Source: an uncultured virus (IMG/VR IMGVR_UViG_3300020050_008348)
Taxonomy: Duplodnaviria; Heunggongvirae; Uroviricota; Caudoviricetes
Reading direction: 5' to 3' (one strand)
IMG/VR virus record: IMGVR_UViG_3300020050_008348
DNA length: 64,000 nucleotides
How positions within the stretch are numbered: the stretch's first letter is position 1; each line of letters begins with the position of its first letter. Of this stretch, positions 62,915-64,000 are shown in pieces. Below the pieces are notes generated by a model. That model did not search any database, was not told where the DNA came from, and saw only the letters and a program-made list of their open reading frames with translations. The position numbers and the translations under genes were made by a program.

Positions 62915-64000
62915 TCATAGAATAACACAAAGAGAGAAAGATAAAAATGATAAGCAATACTATAAAGATTGTATAAATGATATTATTGCTGTATCAAATG
63001 GTACTTCTTTCACACAAGATACTAATACATTAGGTGTATCTCGTAGATTAAAACTACAAGGTAACTATGATTTATTAAATGGTATTGTTAATCATGCTGA
63101 TTTTACACACGTATTTAATACGTATGGTGTTAATGTAGGAGCTATGCCTGTTAACTTTAGTCACAAAGATATTGTTTCCCCACTATTTAAGTTACTGTTT
63201 GGTATGGAAATGTCCAGACCATTTGAGTGGTCTGTTGTTGCTACTGATGAAGAAGCTACTACACGTTTTGAAAGAGAGTATTATGATAAATTATCTCAAT
63301 CAGTAACAGGTATGCTTATTCAAGAAATACGTACTAAGTTAGAAGCTGAGAATCCTTCTGAAAATATGACACCAGAAGAACGTGATAAGATTAAGCAGAA
63401 AATAGAACAAGAAGTACAAGCACAAACACCAGAACAAGTACAAGCATACATGCAACGCAATTATCAAGATGTTGCAGAGACTATGTGTGAGCAGTTGTTA
63501 AAGTATATCATTAAGGAAGATGATATTGAAGCTAAGTTTTTAAAGAATTGGAAACACGTAATTATTGCAGGATTTGAAATATATTGGACAGGTATCATTA
63601 ATGGTAAACCAACAGTAAAAGTTATTAATCCAATTCATGCGAGTGTAATTGGTAGTAATGATTCACAATATATAGAAGATGCTGATGCAGTATTAGTAGA
63701 ATATTATTTAACTCCTTCACAAATTGTAGAAATATTTGGTACAGAACTTACCAATGACGAAATTGCTCGTTTGTATGATAGCCATTATACTTCATCTGCT
63801 ATATTTGATTGGGAGTATTCATATAGCACTCAGAGGATAGGTACTATACGTGTAATACACGGAGAATGGCAATCATTAAGAAAAATAGGATTTGTTACAC
63901 AAGAAGATGGTAATAAGATAGTTGTATCAGAAGATTACAAACTTAACAAAGAGTTTGGTGATGTTTCTATATCATGGTCTTGGATTCCAGAGACTCACGA
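62904..64000 (+). CDS. Portal protein (runs off the window end)
   Basis: Open frame MQINHRITQ... with 'NYDLLNG' and 'P..F.H.DIVSP..KLL.G.E..RPF'; directly after TerL. Confidence 0.8.
   Translation, partial: MQINHRITQREKDKNDKQYYKDCINDIIAVSNGTSFTQDTNTLGVSRRLKLQGNYDLLNGIVNHADFTHVFNTYGVNVGAMPVNFSHKDIVSPLFKLLFGMEMSRPFEWSVVATDEEATTRFEREYYDKLSQSVTGMLIQEIRTKLEAENPSENMTPEERDKIKQKIEQEVQAQTPEQVQAYMQRNYQDVAETMCEQLLKYIIKEDDIEAKFLKNWKHVIIAGFEIYWTGIINGKPTVKVINPIHASVIGSNDSQYIEDADAVLVEYYLTPSQIVEIFGTELTNDEIARLYDSHYTSSAIFDWEYSYSTQRIGTIRVIHGEWQSLRKIGFVTQEDGNKIVVSEDYKLNKEFGDVSISWSWIPETH

Larger units (their letters stand above)
3960..64000. mobile_element. crAss-like (Crassvirales-type) Bacteroidota phage genome segment
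   Basis: Giant virion RNAP, crAss-type TerL and portal, PolB, primase and UDG, and Bacteroidota TAnnTTTG promoters. Confidence 0.9.

Noticed and set aside
3960..64000. Alternative genetic code (TAG/TGA recoding known in some crAss-like phages)
   Set aside because: RNAP, the large virion protein, PolB and TerL are uninterrupted in the standard code, and the tRNA found is Glu(TTC), not a suppressor

Overview
The window joins two unrelated phage DNAs. Bases 1-~3960 are a GC-rich (roughly mid-50s %, judged by eye) minus-strand tail and lysis cassette of a proteobacterial-type tailed phage: tail fibre with a chaperone-like C-terminus, holin, SAR-type lysozyme, Rz with embedded Rz1, and small tail proteins. 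From ~3960 to 64000 the sequence is an AT-rich (~30% GC by eye) crAss-like (Crassvirales-type) Bacteroidota phage read in the standard genetic code. It has three parts. (1) A plus-strand virion RNA polymerase (5'-truncated) and a large virion protein. (2) A long minus-strand replication and accessory arm: PolB, primase, three helicases, UDG, exonuclease, RusA-like resolvase, AAA ATPase, tRNA-Glu and many small ORFs. (3) After a strand switch at ~52.1-52.6 kb, a plus-strand arm ending in amidase, TerL and portal. The most notable observations are: a phage-encoded ubiquitin-like conjugation operon (Ubl precursor-E2-JAB-E1); about 31 copies of a TTTCCCACTA(-N13-TGGAGCT) element, often in inverted pairs and once within a 49-bp direct repeat around a gene; a stand-alone TerL-fragment paralogue; an HNH gene flanked by a duplicated host-gene C-terminus; tRNA-like RNAs without a normal anticodon arm; and a candidate immune-signal sponge protein. 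All protein calls come from motif recognition by eye; no database searches were run.
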